Part shown: piece after piece, positions 1 through 12,063 of the stretch
How positions within the stretch are numbered: the stretch's first letter is position 1
Layout: each line of letters starts with the position of its first letter
Source: Acaryochloridaceae cyanobacterium VAR_48_metabat_390
Lineage (GTDB): Bacteria > Cyanobacteriota > Cyanobacteriia > Thermosynechococcales > Thermosynechococcaceae
Assembly: GCA_031422435.1 (NCBI GenBank)
Contig: JANPLU010000033.1
Span: 1-64,000, forward strand
Direction of reading: 5' to 3'
DNA length: 64,000 nt
Notes under the pieces: generated by a model
What the model was told of the DNA's origin: nothing
The model's input: the letters and a program-made list of their open reading frames with translations, nothing else
Database searches by the model: none
Program-made: the position numbers and the translations under genes

Positions 1-46
1 TTTGAGGGTTGAGCGAAGCCGAAACCCGTTTTATAGATACCAATCT

Positions 47-1690
47 TTAGTTACTCAGCAAGGCTTCAACAAATTCGTAGCTAGAGAAGGGTCGCAGATC
101 TTTAATGCCTTCGCCAGCGCCAATAAACCGAATGGGCAGACCCAACTGCTGCACCACGGCTAATGCAACGCCACCTTTTGCCGTGCCGTCTAGCTTTGTT
201 AGCACAACGCCAGAAAGTTGAGCCGCTTCTGAGAACACCTGAGCCTGCCGCAGTCCGTTTTGACCTAGGGTTGCATCTAATACCAGCAATGACTCTATTT
301 TGGCATGGGGCGCTTTTTTATCAATAATTTGGCGCACTTTCCGCAGTTCATCCATGAGGTTCTTTTTATTTTGGAGACGACCTGCGGTATCGACTAGCAG
401 CAGCTCAGTATTGCGAGACTGGGCTGCGGCGATCGCATCAAACACTACTGCCGCCGGATCGGTATTTTGACCAGGGTTCGCAATCACCTCCACGTTGCTG
501 CGCTCTGCCCAGACCTTGACCTGCTGTACGGCGGCAGCACGAAACGTATCGGCGGCGGCGACCAAACAGTTGAAACCAGATTCGGTAGCAACATGAGCAA
601 TTTTGCCAATGGTGGTGGTTTTACCTGCGCCGTTGATACCCGTCATGAGCCAAATATTGAGGGTGTCTTTTTCGGGGGCAAAGACGGGGCTGTAGTTTTT
701 CTGAATGGGTGCATCCAGGATGTCTCGGAGGATGGTTTTAAGGTAAGAGATCGCCGCATCAGGGGGCAGGGTTTCTTGCCGCATCTTGGCCTGTAATGCC
801 TCAATGATGTTGTCGGTGGCTTCTACCCCTACATCCGCTAGCAGCAGTAAAGACTCAAGCTCTGTCACCGCATCTTGGTTAAGCGGCCCTTGCCCAACAA
901 TAGCTTTAAGCTGGTTGACAAATCCTAGACGGGTTTTGCCTAAACCCTGACGCAGCTTTTGGAGCCAGTTAATTTCGTCAACAGAAATGTCTTCCGGTCG
1001 TCGGCCTTGAGATGCCAAGACTTCCGCAGACCACAAGAAGCCATCATCAAAGGCGATCGCCCCCTCGGCTTCAGATGAGTCGATTTCAGATGAGACAGAG
1101 GCTGGACCCGATGATTGCACAGACAATACGGGCGCAGCCGAAATAGGAGAAACCGTTTTAGGGCTGTTTGCGGTAGCCGCAGCCGCTGTCTCTGTTTCAA
1201 TTGCCGTCGCCTTCAGGCGTTCTAAGCGGTCTTTGCGCTCCGCCTCAGCTCTCGCCCACGCAGGTAAAGCAGCAGCAGGGATGGGTTCAGAGACAGTCGC
1301 CACTTCTGCACTTGTAACAGCATTAGGTACTTCAGCAACCTCAGCTTCAGCCATAGGTTCGCTAACGTCGCTGAGTTTAGGGGGCTGCTCGACCTCTGAC
1401 TCAACCGCTGAATTAACCTCTGAATCAATCTCTAAATCAACACTACGCTTCTCATCCACGCTAGACACAGAGGCTTCAGGCACGGCAACATCCGTAGGCT
1501 GCTGTCGCTCCTGAATATTTTGATAGGCCGCCTTCGCCCAAGCTAAATAGTCTTCCTGTACCGCGTCAGCTTCAGGTTCTGCTTCTTTCGCTTCAGAACC
1601 TGATTCACTCATGCGCTCGGTCTGCTCGACGGTTGGCTCCGAAGAGTCATCTGGTTGGGTATACTGTCGGCGAAACCAATTGAAGGCCAT
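47..1690 (-). CDS. ftsY: Signal recognition particle receptor FtsY with long acidic N-terminal extension
   Basis: SRP GTPase motifs GINGAGKTTTIGK, DTFRAAA, DTAGR, TKLDGTAKGG, GAGE; acidic low-complexity N-terminus. Confidence 0.97.
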   Translation of the reverse strand: MAFNWFRRQYTQPDDSSEPTVEQTERMSESGSEAKEAEPEADAVQEDYLAWAKAAYQNIQERQQPTDVAVPEASVSSVDEKRSVDLEIDSEVNSAVESEVEQPPKLSDVSEPMAEAEVAEVPNAVTSAEVATVSEPIPAAALPAWARAEAERKDRLERLKATAIETETAAAATANSPKTVSPISAAPVLSVQSSGPASVSSEIDSSEAEGAIAFDDGFLWSAEVLASQGRRPEDISVDEINWLQKLRQGLGKTRLGFVNQLKAIVGQGPLNQDAVTELESLLLLADVGVEATDNIIEALQAKMRQETLPPDAAISYLKTILRDILDAPIQKNYSPVFAPEKDTLNIWLMTGINGAGKTTTIGKIAHVATESGFNCLVAAADTFRAAAVQQVKVWAERSNVEVIANPGQNTDPAAVVFDAIAAAQSRNTELLLVDTAGRLQNKKNLMDELRKVRQIIDKKAPHAKIESLLVLDATLGQNGLRQAQVFSEAAQLSGVVLTKLDGTAKGGVALAVVQQLGLPIRFIGAGEGIKDLRPFSSYEFVEALLSN

Positions 1691-1785
1691 TGCTCTATCC
1701 TGAAGCGGTGATCGATTTGACTAAACCTCAATTATATAGAAAGCCCAAGGACAGACTACATTCAGCGGAGCCTTAGTTTTTGGCA

Positions 1786-2892
1786 TCACCCAAGCGGCTT
1801 GCGCGCGGTAAAGTATTTGCTCAGAAAGTGGATCTCACAGGTAATCTCACTAAATCCGGCAGACTCTAGCCGCCTAGCTAAATCATCGCGCACATAGTCT
1901 TTGTAGTAAGGCTCATGGAAAGTAGCCGAAAAGCTGTCTATCATGGCAGACAATTCGGCAGAATCGTTGAGCTGAATGGAGTCGCAGATTATAAGGGTTC
2001 CCCCTGGTGCCAGTACCCGATAACAGTCATCAATCACATTTTGACGAGCTGTGGCAGGCAGTTCATGAAACAAAAATACGCTTGTGACCGCATCAAAGTA
2101 GCCCTCTTGATAGGGGAGTGTTTCTGCGTTGGCCTGGAGCAACTGCGGCAAATCACCTGGGTTTTGAGACAAAAGCTGATTGGCTTTGCGCAGGTAAGCA
2201 GCGGATAAATCTACGCCGCACAGCGCTGCATCGGGGAATGTGGCGCGCAACTGCCGAAGGGTTCGACCTGTGCCACAGGCAATGTCTAAAATTTTGGGCG
2301 ATCGCATCCCTCCAGCCCCGTCATTACGACACAAATTGCGCTTGAGCAGTGGCAAAATCCGCCGCCGCATTGGGTCTGCCATGCCGCCAAACAGCAGCTC
2401 TACCTGAAGGTCGTAAAGCTGTGCCGAGGTATCGCTTAAGTAGCCGTCGGTTTGGTAGTGGAAATTTTGCAGATAATATTTGGGATAGCTGCTGGTATCA
2501 ATTTCTTCTGCAAACTCTTGGTACCGATTTTCTTGGGTACGCTGCCATAGCTTTGGCAGATCTAGCCAGACGGCAGGATAGTAGCGCAACACTTCATCCC
2601 ACGGCGTATCAAATAACAGCTCAACGGGATAAAGACTGGCTTGGGCATCATTCCAGTCCTGGTCTAAAAGTGATTCATACCGCTGTTTCAGGTATGAAAA
2701 TGCTGCTGCATCAATGGAAGCACTAGCACGTCCTTTCGCTAATACATTTTGAGGAAACAGCGTGTCCCCAACGCGAGTTGCTGCATTTTTGTGGGCGATC
2801 GCCAACAGGTTTACACCCCACTTCAGCGTTTGGTAAGCCGTTTTGAGTGGGGGTTGGGTTGCGATCGCCGCAAAGTCAAAGGCTGTTTGCAT
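1786..2892 (-). CDS. Class I SAM-dependent methyltransferase (conserved cyanobacterial type)
   Basis: Motif I ILDIACGTG, GVDLS, FDAVTSVFLFHE, RVLAPGG; YYLQNFHYQTDGYLS block. Confidence 0.9.
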   Translation of the reverse strand: MQTAFDFAAIATQPPLKTAYQTLKWGVNLLAIAHKNAATRVGDTLFPQNVLAKGRASASIDAAAFSYLKQRYESLLDQDWNDAQASLYPVELLFDTPWDEVLRYYPAVWLDLPKLWQRTQENRYQEFAEEIDTSSYPKYYLQNFHYQTDGYLSDTSAQLYDLQVELLFGGMADPMRRRILPLLKRNLCRNDGAGGMRSPKILDIACGTGRTLRQLRATFPDAALCGVDLSAAYLRKANQLLSQNPGDLPQLLQANAETLPYQEGYFDAVTSVFLFHELPATARQNVIDDCYRVLAPGGTLIICDSIQLNDSAELSAMIDSFSATFHEPYYKDYVRDDLARRLESAGFSEITCEIHFLSKYFTARKPLG

Positions 2893-3017
2893 AATCGAAT
2901 AAGCAGTAAGAAACGGTTTGGCGAGTTTACATTTCTTATTATGCTAACGACCTTTTAGCGTTTTGGGACAGCCTGACCTTGAGAAAACCGACCGTCACAG
3001 CACATTTAATTAGCGTA

Positions 3018-3359
3018 TCAGTCCGTCTTGATGTTGATGATACCGCCTCGGCTCGGTCGAGGGAGATCGCCCACGAGGGGAGTGGGTGCCTTGTCATCGG
3101 CTGACGGGATAGACTGACCTGCAAGGCCGTTGTCTAGGGTTGAGGTGGCGGAGGTGGGCAATAAAAGATTGTTGGTGTTGGCAAAGAAATCGGGCTGGGA
3201 GGGCGTGATAGGTCCGCCCAATATTGAAGAGGTCTTCGCCATCGCATTTGTTGGAGCTTGATCTGGGGCGGTCTTGGGTGTAGCCTGAGCGCTTGAAAGA
3301 GCGCATAACAGTAAGACTGAAAACCCAAAACCAGAAAAGATAGAATGACGCAGGTTCAT
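3018..3359 (-). CDS. Hypothetical secreted Pro/Thr-rich protein
   Basis: ORF track starts at 3482; ATG at 3359 has an AGAGGAAGG RBS-like sequence upstream and begins a signal-peptide-like segment (FSVLLLCALSSAQA). Confidence 0.6.
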   Translation of the reverse strand: MNLRHSIFSGFGFSVLLLCALSSAQATPKTAPDQAPTNAMAKTSSILGGPITPSQPDFFANTNNLLLPTSATSTLDNGLAGQSIPSADDKAPTPLVGDLPRPSRGGIINIKTD

Positions 3360-3530
3360 GAGCCTTCCTCTGTATGGATCAATCACGGGTTTTAGATACT
3401 CTCTTAGCATTCCCCAATACCGATCAGTTGAAACACTAGCCTGCTGCTTATTGTCCTGCGATCGCCCCAGCCTCTCGTCCAATAGACAACATTACCTCGT
3501 CGATCTCCAAGCAATGCCGAGGATTCAGAC

Positions 3531-6008
3531 CTAACTCCGCAAACTGACCCGAAATTTTTCTTCGAGGGCATCTCGCACCTTTTGATGAACAGGGTTTACC
3601 TCTTCATCGGTGAGGGTGCGGTCTTCGGCGCGGTAGATCAGCCGAAAGGCCAAGCTGCGCTGACCTAAGGGGACATGTTCGCCTCGGTATTCATCAAATA
3701 GCTCAATGGAGGACAGCAAACTGCCGTTAGGCGCAGAAGCTGCCTTTTGCATAATGCGCTCAATTTCTGAAACCGAGACCTCTGTCGCCACAAAAAAGGC
3801 TAAATCGCGATCTGTAGCAGGGAACATTGAGTAGGGCTTAAAGGCCGAATCAATGCGCTGCTGTCGCTCGATCGCCTCTAGTAAAGCGCCTAAATCTAGC
3901 TCGAATAAGTAGACATCTTCTGGCAGCTCTCGCTCTTGTCGCAGTTGGGGATGCAGTTGCCCAAAGCGTCCCAAACGTTCACCCTCAATCCAAAGTGATG
4001 CCGTGCGGCCTGGGTGTAAGCGAGGCTCTTGACGATCGGGCTGGTACTCAACCGCTAAACTTAGCCGATTAAATGTGCGATCCAGAATACCCTTGGCCTC
4101 AAACCAAGACAACATAGCGCCGTCAGTCTTAGCTTTTTGAAGCCATTTACCCTCAGCAGGCTTACCGCTGATTACCCCGCCTAGGGCATGGGCTTCCGCA
4201 AGTCCATCCTCTTCTTTCCAGAAAATGCGGCCGATTTCAAATCCATTAAGGGGGCCATTGCCCTGCTCTAGGTTGAACCCAAACGCCGTCAGCAGTCCGC
4301 TCAGCATTTCGGTACGCAACGCCGAAAACTCGGTCAGGAGTGGGTTAGAGACGACGACCTGCCGTGCGCTCCCTGCCTCGCTGGGCTTTGTCCAGGTATA
4401 GTGCATTAACTCCGTTAACCCACTGGCACGAAAGGCTTCTCGCACTCGGCGCAGCAGCACGTCATCTATCGCGAGATACCCTGGTTCTGTTTTCGCAGGC
4501 AAGGTTTCGCAGAATTGATCGTAGCCGTGGAGCCGCGCAATTTCTTCGATGAGGTCAATTTCGCGCTCAATGTCACGATTGCGGTGAGGTGGCACCTCAA
4601 CAAGCCACACGTCTGCCTGGGCGGTGGGCGTTAGGCTAAAGCTTAAAGACTCTAACAGCGCCGTCACCTGCCCTGCCGTCAGCTCTTCAAGGGCTTCGTC
4701 TGTGCCATTGCCTTCTAATGGCCCTAGAATCTGGTTAACTCGTGCCAGTCGCAGTTCGATGGTGCGCTGAATGGGCGATCGCCCATCTACTTTCTGCTGA
4801 GCCACGACCTTTGCGCTTGCCAAGTCTTGCAGCAGCATTAGGGCATGATTACAGGCAATATCAAGCTGAGCTTCATTCACGCCCCGCTCATACCGCGTAG
4901 AGGCTTCTGTACGAAGTCCGCCCTGAGCGCGCGCTGAGCGGCGCACGGTAATAGGGCTAAATAGCGCAGCCTCTAGCACAATTGCCGTGGTGGTTTCGCG
5001 CACTTCTGTATCTTGCCCACCCATTACCCCTGCTAAGGCGACGGGCTGATCGTTGGCGGTAATGATTAGGCTTTGGGGAGTGAGCGATCGCCCTTGTCCA
5101 TCCAGCGTCGTTAGGGTTTCGTCAGCTTGGGCAAAGCGTACCCCTAGGGTTATGGGGGTGCTGCCGTGGGTTAAAGTGGCGATTGCATCGGCATCAAAGG
5201 CATGGAGAGGCTGACCCCACTCCAGCAAAATGTAGTTGGTGATGTCTACCACATTATTAATGGGTCGAATCCCCGCGGCCTCCAGACAGCGCTGGAGCCA
5301 GTCGGGGGAAGGAGCAATCTTTACGCCTTCTAAGCGAGTTCCAATATAGGCAGTGCAGGCTTTTGACTCGGCAATGGTGACATCTAGATCGTTACTTTTA
5401 GCTGCAATCTTTAGATCAGGGATTTGTGGAAGATTCAGCGGTTTGCCTGTCAGTGCCGCCACTTCACGGGCAATGCCGACCATGCTCAGCGCATCGGCAC
5501 GGTTTGCCGTCGAGGATAAATCCAAAATGGTGTCGTCTAGCGCCAGCAGCGGACGCACATCGTCGCCCACCTTCACTGACCTCGCTTCGGGGTCAAAAAT
5601 ATAGATGCCTTCAGATTCTTTGGTTAGCCCTAGCTCTGAAAGAGAGCAAATCATGCCAGCAGAGCCAATGCCGCGCAGCTTAGCAGGCTTAATTTTAAGA
5701 TCAACCTTAGGTAAGTAAGTCCCTAGTGTCGCCACAGGCACCAATAGCCCCTCCGCTACATTAGGCGCACCGCAAACAATCGTTGAAGGCTCTTCCTGTC
5801 CAATATCTACAGAACAAACCCGCAGCTTATCGGCATTAGGGTGCTTTTCGCAGCTCAGCACCTTACCCACAACAACACCATCCGCCCAAGTTTGTCGGTC
5901 TTCAATATCTTCGACTTCAAAACCTGCCAAAGTCAGCCGTTCTGCTAGAACTTCAGGCGACCAGTCAAAGGCAACCAACGTTCGGAGCCAGTTTAGAGAA
6001 ATTTTCAT
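3531..6008 (-). CDS. pheT: Phenylalanine--tRNA ligase beta subunit
   Basis: MKISLNWL start, HPNADKL/VCGAPNV OB domain, [27 protein letters not shown]-terminal FDX-ACB (RDLAF...[18 protein letters not shown]). Confidence 0.98.
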   Translation of the reverse strand: MKISLNWLRTLVAFDWSPEVLAERLTLAGFEVEDIEDRQTWADGVVVGKVLSCEKHPNADKLRVCSVDIGQEEPSTIVCGAPNVAEGLLVPVATLGTYLPKVDLKIKPAKLRGIGSAGMICSLSELGLTKESEGIYIFDPEARSVKVGDDVRPLLALDDTILDLSSTANRADALSMVGIAREVAALTGKPLNLPQIPDLKIAAKSNDLDVTIAESKACTAYIGTRLEGVKIAPSPDWLQRCLEAAGIRPINNVVDITNYILLEWGQPLHAFDADAIATLTHGSTPITLGVRFAQADETLTTLDGQGRSLTPQSLIITANDQPVALAGVMGGQDTEVRETTTAIVLEAALFSPITVRRSARAQGGLRTEASTRYERGVNEAQLDIACNHALMLLQDLASAKVVAQQKVDGRSPIQRTIELRLARVNQILGPLEGNGTDEALEELTAGQVTALLESLSFSLTPTAQADVWLVEVPPHRNRDIEREIDLIEEIARLHGYDQFCETLPAKTEPGYLAIDDVLLRRVREAFRASGLTELMHYTWTKPSEAGSARQVVVSNPLLTEFSALRTEMLSGLLTAFGFNLEQGNGPLNGFEIGRIFWKEEDGLAEAHALGGVISGKPAEGKWLQKAKTDGAMLSWFEAKGILDRTFNRLSLAVEYQPDRQEPRLHPGRTASLWIEGERLGRFGQLHPQLRQERELPEDVYLFELDLGALLEAIERQQRIDSAFKPYSMFPATDRDLAFFVATEVSVSEIERIMQKAASAPNGSLLSSIELFDEYRGEHVPLGQRSLAFRLIYRAEDRTLTDEEVNPVHQKVRDALEEKFRVSLRS

Positions 6009-6061
6009 GCGTAGGAGTTGGGTTTAATAAATAAAATGTGGAAGGAACGGGCTTCTGGGAT

Positions 6062-6850
6062 TTAAACGCTGGTAATCGCTTCAGGCTCAGCGGCGGTTTC
6101 AGAGCCTTCTAGGAATTCTTCAATGGAGCGATCGCGCAGACGGCAGCTATTATGGGCGGTAACAGCTTGGGCATGAAGGGACGCGGACCCCTGCCTCAAA
6201 GACCTCACCTCTAGCTCCAAAGACTCAATCCGATCCATAAGGTAGCGAATGGCCTGAGCTTCAGAGTCAGGTAAACGGGCATGGTCGAGGGGATTAACCT
6301 TCACCCCTTCGCGGTACACCACACGTCCCGGAATGCCAACCACGGTGCAGTCTGGCGGCACGGCTCGCAGGACAACCGAGTTAGCCCCAATGCGCACATT
6401 GCTGCCGATCTCGATATTGCCCAGCACTTTTGCACCTGTACCCACCACCACATTATTGCCTAGAGTCGGGTGACGCTTGCCGCATTCTTTCCCCGTTCCG
6501 CCTAAGGTAACACCCTGATAAATCAGGCAGTAGTCGCCAATGATGGCGGTCTCACCAATCACAACCCCCATGCCGTGGTCAATAAACACCGAGGAGCCAA
6601 TCTGAGCGCCAGGATGAATTTCAATACCCGTCAAAAAACGGCTGGTGTTAGAAATTAGGCGCGGAACAAGCGGGATGCCACAGCGGTACAGCCAGTGGGC
6701 AAAGCGATGAAGCCACAGCGCCTGAAGGCCAGGGTAGCAAATCAGAACCTCTAACACATTTCGCGCGGCAGGATCTTTCTCAAAAATGATGTCGAAGTCG
6801 GCCTTGAGGGTCTTCAGCACTGGGAGTTCCCAATTTTCTCTAATTGCCAT
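6062..6850 (-). CDS. cysE: Serine O-acetyltransferase
   Basis: [47 protein letters not shown] hexapeptide repeats. Confidence 0.97.
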   Translation of the reverse strand: MAIRENWELPVLKTLKADFDIIFEKDPAARNVLEVLICYPGLQALWLHRFAHWLYRCGIPLVPRLISNTSRFLTGIEIHPGAQIGSSVFIDHGMGVVIGETAIIGDYCLIYQGVTLGGTGKECGKRHPTLGNNVVVGTGAKVLGNIEIGSNVRIGANSVVLRAVPPDCTVVGIPGRVVYREGVKVNPLDHARLPDSEAQAIRYLMDRIESLELEVRSLRQGSASLHAQAVTAHNSCRLRDRSIEEFLEGSETAAEPEAITSV

Positions 6851-6899
6851 CTCCTATGGTACTGGGATGAGAAGCGTTTTGCAGAAGCATTGAAAGACC

Positions 6900-9800
6900 T
6901 CAACCTGTATTCCGCATTCCTGCTGCGATGCCGTTAATGGTGAGCAGTGCGCCGCGCAGTAGCTCAGCTTTACTGGTAGTGGGGCCAAAGGTCACGGCGT
7001 TATGATGCTCTCGCAGTCGCTTTAGCAGCAGCACCTGTAAAAAATTGAGGGGTACGATGGTGCCGTTGCGAAGCTGAACCGACCGCTGTAAAGCAACATC
7101 GCCATCTAATAACCGCTGATGACCCGTTATTTTGAGAATTAAATCTCGCGCCAAATAATATTCGGTAGAGATTTGCTCAAACAGCTCTTCAAATCGAGCC
7201 ATGTCAGCGGGGTCGCTTAACTGCTCAACGTAGTGATGGGCAATCTGAAGATCAACCTTAGAGAGGGTCATCTCCACTTTTGACACCACCATCTTAAAGA
7301 ATGGCCACTTGTAGTAAAAGTAGCGCAGCAGTGAAAGGTGATCGGTTTCGTTCGCGTCTAAAAAGTCTTTAAGGGCAGTACCCACGCCATACCAAGCGGG
7401 AAGCAAAAAGCGGCTTTGAGTCCAGCTAAACACCCAAGGAATGGCGCGTAAGCTTTCAATGCTCTTTTTCTGCTGGGGCTGGTTAGGGCGACGGGCTGAG
7501 CGAGAGCTGATCTGAAGCTGGCTAATTTCTTGGATAGGCGTAATTTGATGGAAAAAATCAACAAAGTCTTCTTGCCCGTACACGAGGGCGCGGTAATGTT
7601 CGCGTGATCGCACCGATAACTCCTCCATGATGTCGTGCCACGGCTCAATGTTGTCCATGGTGGAGTGGAGGAGGCTGGCCTGAATAACGGCGGTGGTGAT
7701 GGTTTCTAGATTGTAGAGCGCCAACTCCGGTAGGGAGTATTTAGAGGCCAGCACTTCACCCTGCTCGGTGATTTTAATGCGGCCGTTCACGCTGTTTCCA
7801 GGCTGAGCCAAAATCGCTTCGTAGGCAGGGCCGCCGCCGCGCCCTACGGAACCACCGCGCCCATGAAAGATGCGCAGCGTTACGCCAAAGCGTTGCGCCG
7901 TGAGGTTAAGCACCTGCTGCGCTTTGTAAATCTCCCAGTTGCTGCTGAGAAATCCTGAGTCTTTGTTGCTGTCTGAGTAGCCCAGCATTACCTCTTGCAA
8001 AATGCAGGGAGTAGGTACTTCTGTCAGCTTATCGTGATTGCCTTGATCCGCGACGGCGGCAACAGAGCGCCCCCCAGAGGCTAGATAGCTCACGTAAAAC
8101 GGCAGCTCAAAGAGCTGGGTCATAATGCCAGGGGCACGCCTCAGGTCATCTACTGTCTCAAACAGCGGTACTACTTCTAGCGTCCCTTTGCCTGTGACCG
8201 GATCGTACAGCCCTGCTTCTTTAGACAGCAGCAGCACCTCTAGGAGATCGCTGGCATCATGGCACATGCTGATGACGTAAGTGCGACAGATGTTAATGCC
8301 AAACTCTTCTTGCAAACGCCGAATCATCCGAAAGGTTTCGATGGTTTCTTTGGTGGGTTCTGAGAAGGGCAGTTCTGACGGGATCAAAGGCCGACGGGTT
8401 TGGAGTTCGGTCGCCAGCCACAACGTCCGCTCATCTTCAGAGAGGCTGTTATAGGGCTTGGGCAAAATTTCGAGGTAGGCCACAATTTCGGCGATCGCAT
8501 CGGAGTGGCGATTGCTTTCTTGACGAATATCTAGCTCGACTAAATTGAACCCAAAAATCTCCACTTGACACAATAGGTTATCTAACTCTCGGCAGGTTAA
8601 GCCCGTCGCCTGAAGGTTTTCTTGAATGAGCTGCAGCTCGCTTAAAAACTCTTGTTCTGAAGCATAAAAATGAGGCTGTAGCCCAATAGTGGAGGGTGAT
8701 TGGGTTGCAGGAGGTGCGCCCGTGTGGGGCGTAACGAGGGGGCTTTGGAATGTAACCTGCTGCTGGTTGCGATCGCTAGTATTTTTCAGCCGCTCCAAAA
8801 TGTAGGTCAGCTTAAGGCGATAGGGTTCTTGCCGGAAGCGGATTGCCAACTGATTGTAGATATCTGGCATCAAGAGCTGATCTTGCTCTAGAGACTCCAG
8901 TAGGCTCGACTGTACGTCGCTCCAGTGCATGGAAAGGCTTAACAGTGTCACCAGCTTTTTGACGGATTCAATATACTTGTCAATGACCACATTGCGCTGA
9001 TAGCAGGCAGTCTGCCAAGTGATATCTGGCGTGACGGAGGGGTTGCCATCTCGGTCTGCTCCCACCCAAGAGCCAAAGCGACAGAAGCTGTAGCTAGGCG
9101 GCTTCAGCTTCGGAAAATACTGCTGAATCGACTGAGTTAAGCGCCGATGGAGCTGCGGAATGGCATGAAACATGACCTCCTTAAAGTAGTGAAGGCTGTA
9201 TTCCACCTCATCCATGACGGTGGGCTTAAACTGGTGCAGCTCGTCGGTTCGCCACCAGAACCGAATTTCTTCCATTAGCTCAATACGGAAGGCATCCACC
9301 TCCCAACTGGCGCGCACGTTGGCAGCAAGCCCTGCCTCTACGCTGTCGAGACGGCCTAAAATTTTGGCAATCCGTCGCTGCTTGTCTCGAATGGTTTGGC
9401 GCACAATTTCGGTGGGGTGCGCGGTAAAGACTAGCTTGACATCGAGAGCATTGATCAAGCGTTGAATTTGCTGGGGCGGGACGTTTAGCCCTTTGAGCTT
9501 AGGGAACAGCCATGAAAAAGTCCCCGCATTTTGACCGCCACTGGCTCCGTCATATAGACTGCTCTCCATCCGCTCCTTTTGACCACTGCGCGAGTCGGCA
9601 AAATGGATGGGGTTGGCACCACTGAGTGCTGTTTCGGGTCGGGGGGCAGAATTCAGCATTTCTGAACTGACCACTAACTGCCCAGGACTATGAGTCCGAA
9701 TAATGCTGTCTTCTTGCTCGTAGTGCTGCTCAACGGTATTAATGAGTTGAAAGTACAGCGCAAAGGCGCGGGCAGCTCGTACTGCCTCCTCTAGCTCTAG

Positions 9801-10028
9801 CTTTTCAACCACCTTCAATACTTCGGTTTGAGGAATGGTTGGAGCCTGCCCTTCTGGCGAACACATCGCCCTCAACTGCTGAAGTAAATCCACCAGTTCT
9901 TGACCGCATTCCTCGCGCAGAACGGCTTCTAAAAGATCTTCAATGACCTTAATCCGGTGCTGGAGTAGCAAATCAATGCTGGCATGGGACAACAGGTCTG
10001 TATTGGCGCGATTTAGGGTAGAACTCAT
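6900..10028 (-). CDS. ppc: Phosphoenolpyruvate carboxylase
   Basis: [58 protein letters not shown]-terminal GMRNTG; ATG at 10028 preferred over TTG at 10034. Confidence 0.98.
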   Translation of the reverse strand: MSSTLNRANTDLLSHASIDLLLQHRIKVIEDLLEAVLREECGQELVDLLQQLRAMCSPEGQAPTIPQTEVLKVVEKLELEEAVRAARAFALYFQLINTVEQHYEQEDSIIRTHSPGQLVVSSEMLNSAPRPETALSGANPIHFADSRSGQKERMESSLYDGASGGQNAGTFSWLFPKLKGLNVPPQQIQRLINALDVKLVFTAHPTEIVRQTIRDKQRRIAKILGRLDSVEAGLAANVRASWEVDAFRIELMEEIRFWWRTDELHQFKPTVMDEVEYSLHYFKEVMFHAIPQLHRRLTQSIQQYFPKLKPPSYSFCRFGSWVGADRDGNPSVTPDITWQTACYQRNVVIDKYIESVKKLVTLLSLSMHWSDVQSSLLESLEQDQLLMPDIYNQLAIRFRQEPYRLKLTYILERLKNTSDRNQQQVTFQSPLVTPHTGAPPATQSPSTIGLQPHFYASEQEFLSELQLIQENLQATGLTCRELDNLLCQVEIFGFNLVELDIRQESNRHSDAIAEIVAYLEILPKPYNSLSEDERTLWLATELQTRRPLIPSELPFSEPTKETIETFRMIRRLQEEFGINICRTYVISMCHDASDLLEVLLLSKEAGLYDPVTGKGTLEVVPLFETVDDLRRAPGIMTQLFELPFYVSYLASGGRSVAAVADQGNHDKLTEVPTPCILQEVMLGYSDSNKDSGFLSSNWEIYKAQQVLNLTAQRFGVTLRIFHGRGGSVGRGGGPAYEAILAQPGNSVNGRIKITEQGEVLASKYSLPELALYNLETITTAVIQASLLHSTMDNIEPWHDIMEELSVRSREHYRALVYGQEDFVDFFHQITPIQEISQLQISSRSARRPNQPQQKKSIESLRAIPWVFSWTQSRFLLPAWYGVGTALKDFLDANETDHLSLLRYFYYKWPFFKMVVSKVEMTLSKVDLQIAHHYVEQLSDPADMARFEELFEQISTEYYLARDLILKITGHQRLLDGDVALQRSVQLRNGTIVPLNFLQVLLLKRLREHHNAVTFGPTTSKAELLRGALLTINGIAAGMRNTG

Positions 10029-10157
10029 ACGCAAAGATGCACTCAGCCCAGCAAGCTTACTCGATAATTCTAGGGGTATCCTCTGGATTTAGGAAGGATC
10101 CTGAGGAGATGTTTGGATTTTTCCTAGAGAAAGACCCGCAATGAATACGTTCAAAAC

Positions 10158-10421
10158 CTAATGGCGTTGAACTGCGATAGTATCGTACTGCCTTGAGGGC
10201 ACCACTATTCTGTACGCCCGAACACCTTCCTTTAAGATAGGTAGCTGTTCGCCCTGCAATAGGCTCTCGCTAAACTGCCCCAATGTGCCAAGTTGTTGCT
10301 CAATGTGCCGAATAATAATTAGCCCCATAAGGACGGGGAGCGTAACGAGACTAAGCGATCGCCCCAACCCCACACAACTTCTGGTATTCCCATTCTGATG
10401 TAGCGAAGATTTATGACTCAT
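10158..10421 (-). CDS. Small hypothetical membrane protein
   Basis: 87 aa, overlaps the pgm stop, one hydrophobic segment; SESLLQGEQLPIL resembles a small conserved cyanobacterial family from memory. Confidence 0.5.
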   Translation of the reverse strand: MSHKSSLHQNGNTRSCVGLGRSLSLVTLPVLMGLIIIRHIEQQLGTLGQFSESLLQGEQLPILKEGVRAYRIVVPSRQYDTIAVQRH

Positions 10422-11886
10422 GACTTAGTGCCCACTGTTTTGCCCATGCTAAACGCGCGTCAACGGCTGTCTGCGTTGCGGCTTCACAATAGAGCCGCAG
10501 AACGGGTTCTGTACCGCTAAAGCGAATCAAAATCCAGCTCCCGTCTGCCAGCCGTACCTTAAAGCCGTCGGGGTTGGTCATTTCAGTCACGGCAATGCCC
10601 AAAATTTCTGTAAAAGGATGTTCCTTTAGTTCTTGGATCAGCTTTAGCTTGGTAGCATCGCTAGAAAGGGTGAGGTCAATGCGATCATAGGCGCTGTAAA
10701 AACCCGTGCGCTCCTGAAGGTTCTCATAAAGTTCGCTGAGGTCTTTGCCGCTGGTGGCGATCGCCTCCAATACATACAGCGCAGACAGCAGCCCATCTCG
10801 CTCTGGGATATGGGTGCCAAACCCAATCCCGCCAGACTCTTCACCGCCGAGCAACACGCTGCCCGTTTGCAGCATTCGATCTGCAATGTACTTATAGCCA
10901 ATGGGGGTTTCAAAGACGGGCAAGTTAAACAACTGCGCTACTTTGGGCATCAGGTCAGAACCGCTGACGGTTTTTATAAATTCCCCCGTTAGGCCGCGAT
11001 TGCCTGCGAGATGCTCCACCAAAATGGGAATGAGGATTTGTGAGCTGAGGAAATTGCCCTGACCGTCTACCGCCGCAATGCGATCGCCATCCCCATCAAA
11101 TACAAACCCCACCGTTACGCCTTCTGCTTTACCAGAGACAGCGCGATCTCGGATGGTTTGCAATAGCTCCGGCATATATTTTGCCAGCGGCTCCGGTGCG
11201 GTTCCGCCAAAGAGCGTATCGTGGGCAGAGCGCAGCTCATGGACTGGGCAGCCTAAGACCTGCTCTAAGCCCGTTGCGGTTGCGCCATGCATGACATCTA
11301 CATAAACGGTGATGCGATCGCTAGTAATGGCATCCTGAATCGCTTTTAAGTCAACCTTGGAGCGCAGAATTTCGCAGTAGTCAGGCCAAGGATTGAAGTA
11401 CGTTAGGCTTCCTGGCGTTTCGGCTGGCACGATGGGCTTCCCTAGCCGCGCCTGAATTTCTTGGGTAATATTGGGCGCAACGGAACCCCCAAAGGCTCCT
11501 TTGACCTTAAGGCCAGAATAGGCCGCTGGGTTATGGCTGGCGGTAATGACCAGCCCCCCTAATGCCTGATACTGCTTCACTGCCCAGCTTACGGCAGGGG
11601 TGGGCACAAAGGTATCAGAGAGCATCACGTCAAACCCTGCGTGCTGCACCGCCATCGCGGTCGCCTCAGCAAACTCTGGAGACAGAAAGCGGCGATCATA
11701 GCCCACGATGATGAGATTGCTGCTGTTTATCTCGGCGCTGTAGGTTTGCTTAAGGACTTGGGCAGCGATGGGGGCAACTTGACCCAGGCGCTCAAAGGTA
11801 AAATCGGCTGCAATAATCCCCCGCCACCCATCTGTCCCAAATTCAATCGGCGCTGGGGTGAGTCGGATTGGGTATTGAGAGACCAT
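10411..11886 (-). CDS. Phosphoglucomutase/phosphomannomutase family protein
   Basis: FGTDGWRG, TASHNP catalytic Ser, FDGDGDR metal loop, GGEESGG, RFSGTEP. Confidence 0.96.
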   Translation of the reverse strand: MVSQYPIRLTPAPIEFGTDGWRGIIAADFTFERLGQVAPIAAQVLKQTYSAEINSSNLIIVGYDRRFLSPEFAEATAMAVQHAGFDVMLSDTFVPTPAVSWAVKQYQALGGLVITASHNPAAYSGLKVKGAFGGSVAPNITQEIQARLGKPIVPAETPGSLTYFNPWPDYCEILRSKVDLKAIQDAITSDRITVYVDVMHGATATGLEQVLGCPVHELRSAHDTLFGGTAPEPLAKYMPELLQTIRDRAVSGKAEGVTVGFVFDGDGDRIAAVDGQGNFLSSQILIPILVEHLAGNRGLTGEFIKTVSGSDLMPKVAQLFNLPVFETPIGYKYIADRMLQTGSVLLGGEESGGIGFGTHIPERDGLLSALYVLEAIATSGKDLSELYENLQERTGFYSAYDRIDLTLSSDATKLKLIQELKEHPFTEILGIAVTEMTNPDGFKVRLADGSWILIRFSGTEPVLRLYCEAATQTAVDARLAWAKQWALSHES

Positions 11887-12063
11887 AGGATGGATCCTTA
11901 TCGTTGATAATCTGCTGAACTGAATGGGTTTTGAAACCGTGGGGCGGTGCGCTTCACAATGGTTTCATTTATATCATTCCTCTCGGCCTTAGTGGCGATC
12001 GCAAGGAACCGAACGGCGTTGTTTTATGATGGTTGACGAGCTGTCTAAAGAGGAAATAGCGTT

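Noticed and set aside
11932..11967. Imperfect hairpin TGAAACCGT...ATGGTTTCA between pgm and sat as a riboswitch or ncRNA
   Set aside because: Short, with no recognisable aptamer consensus; function cannot be supported
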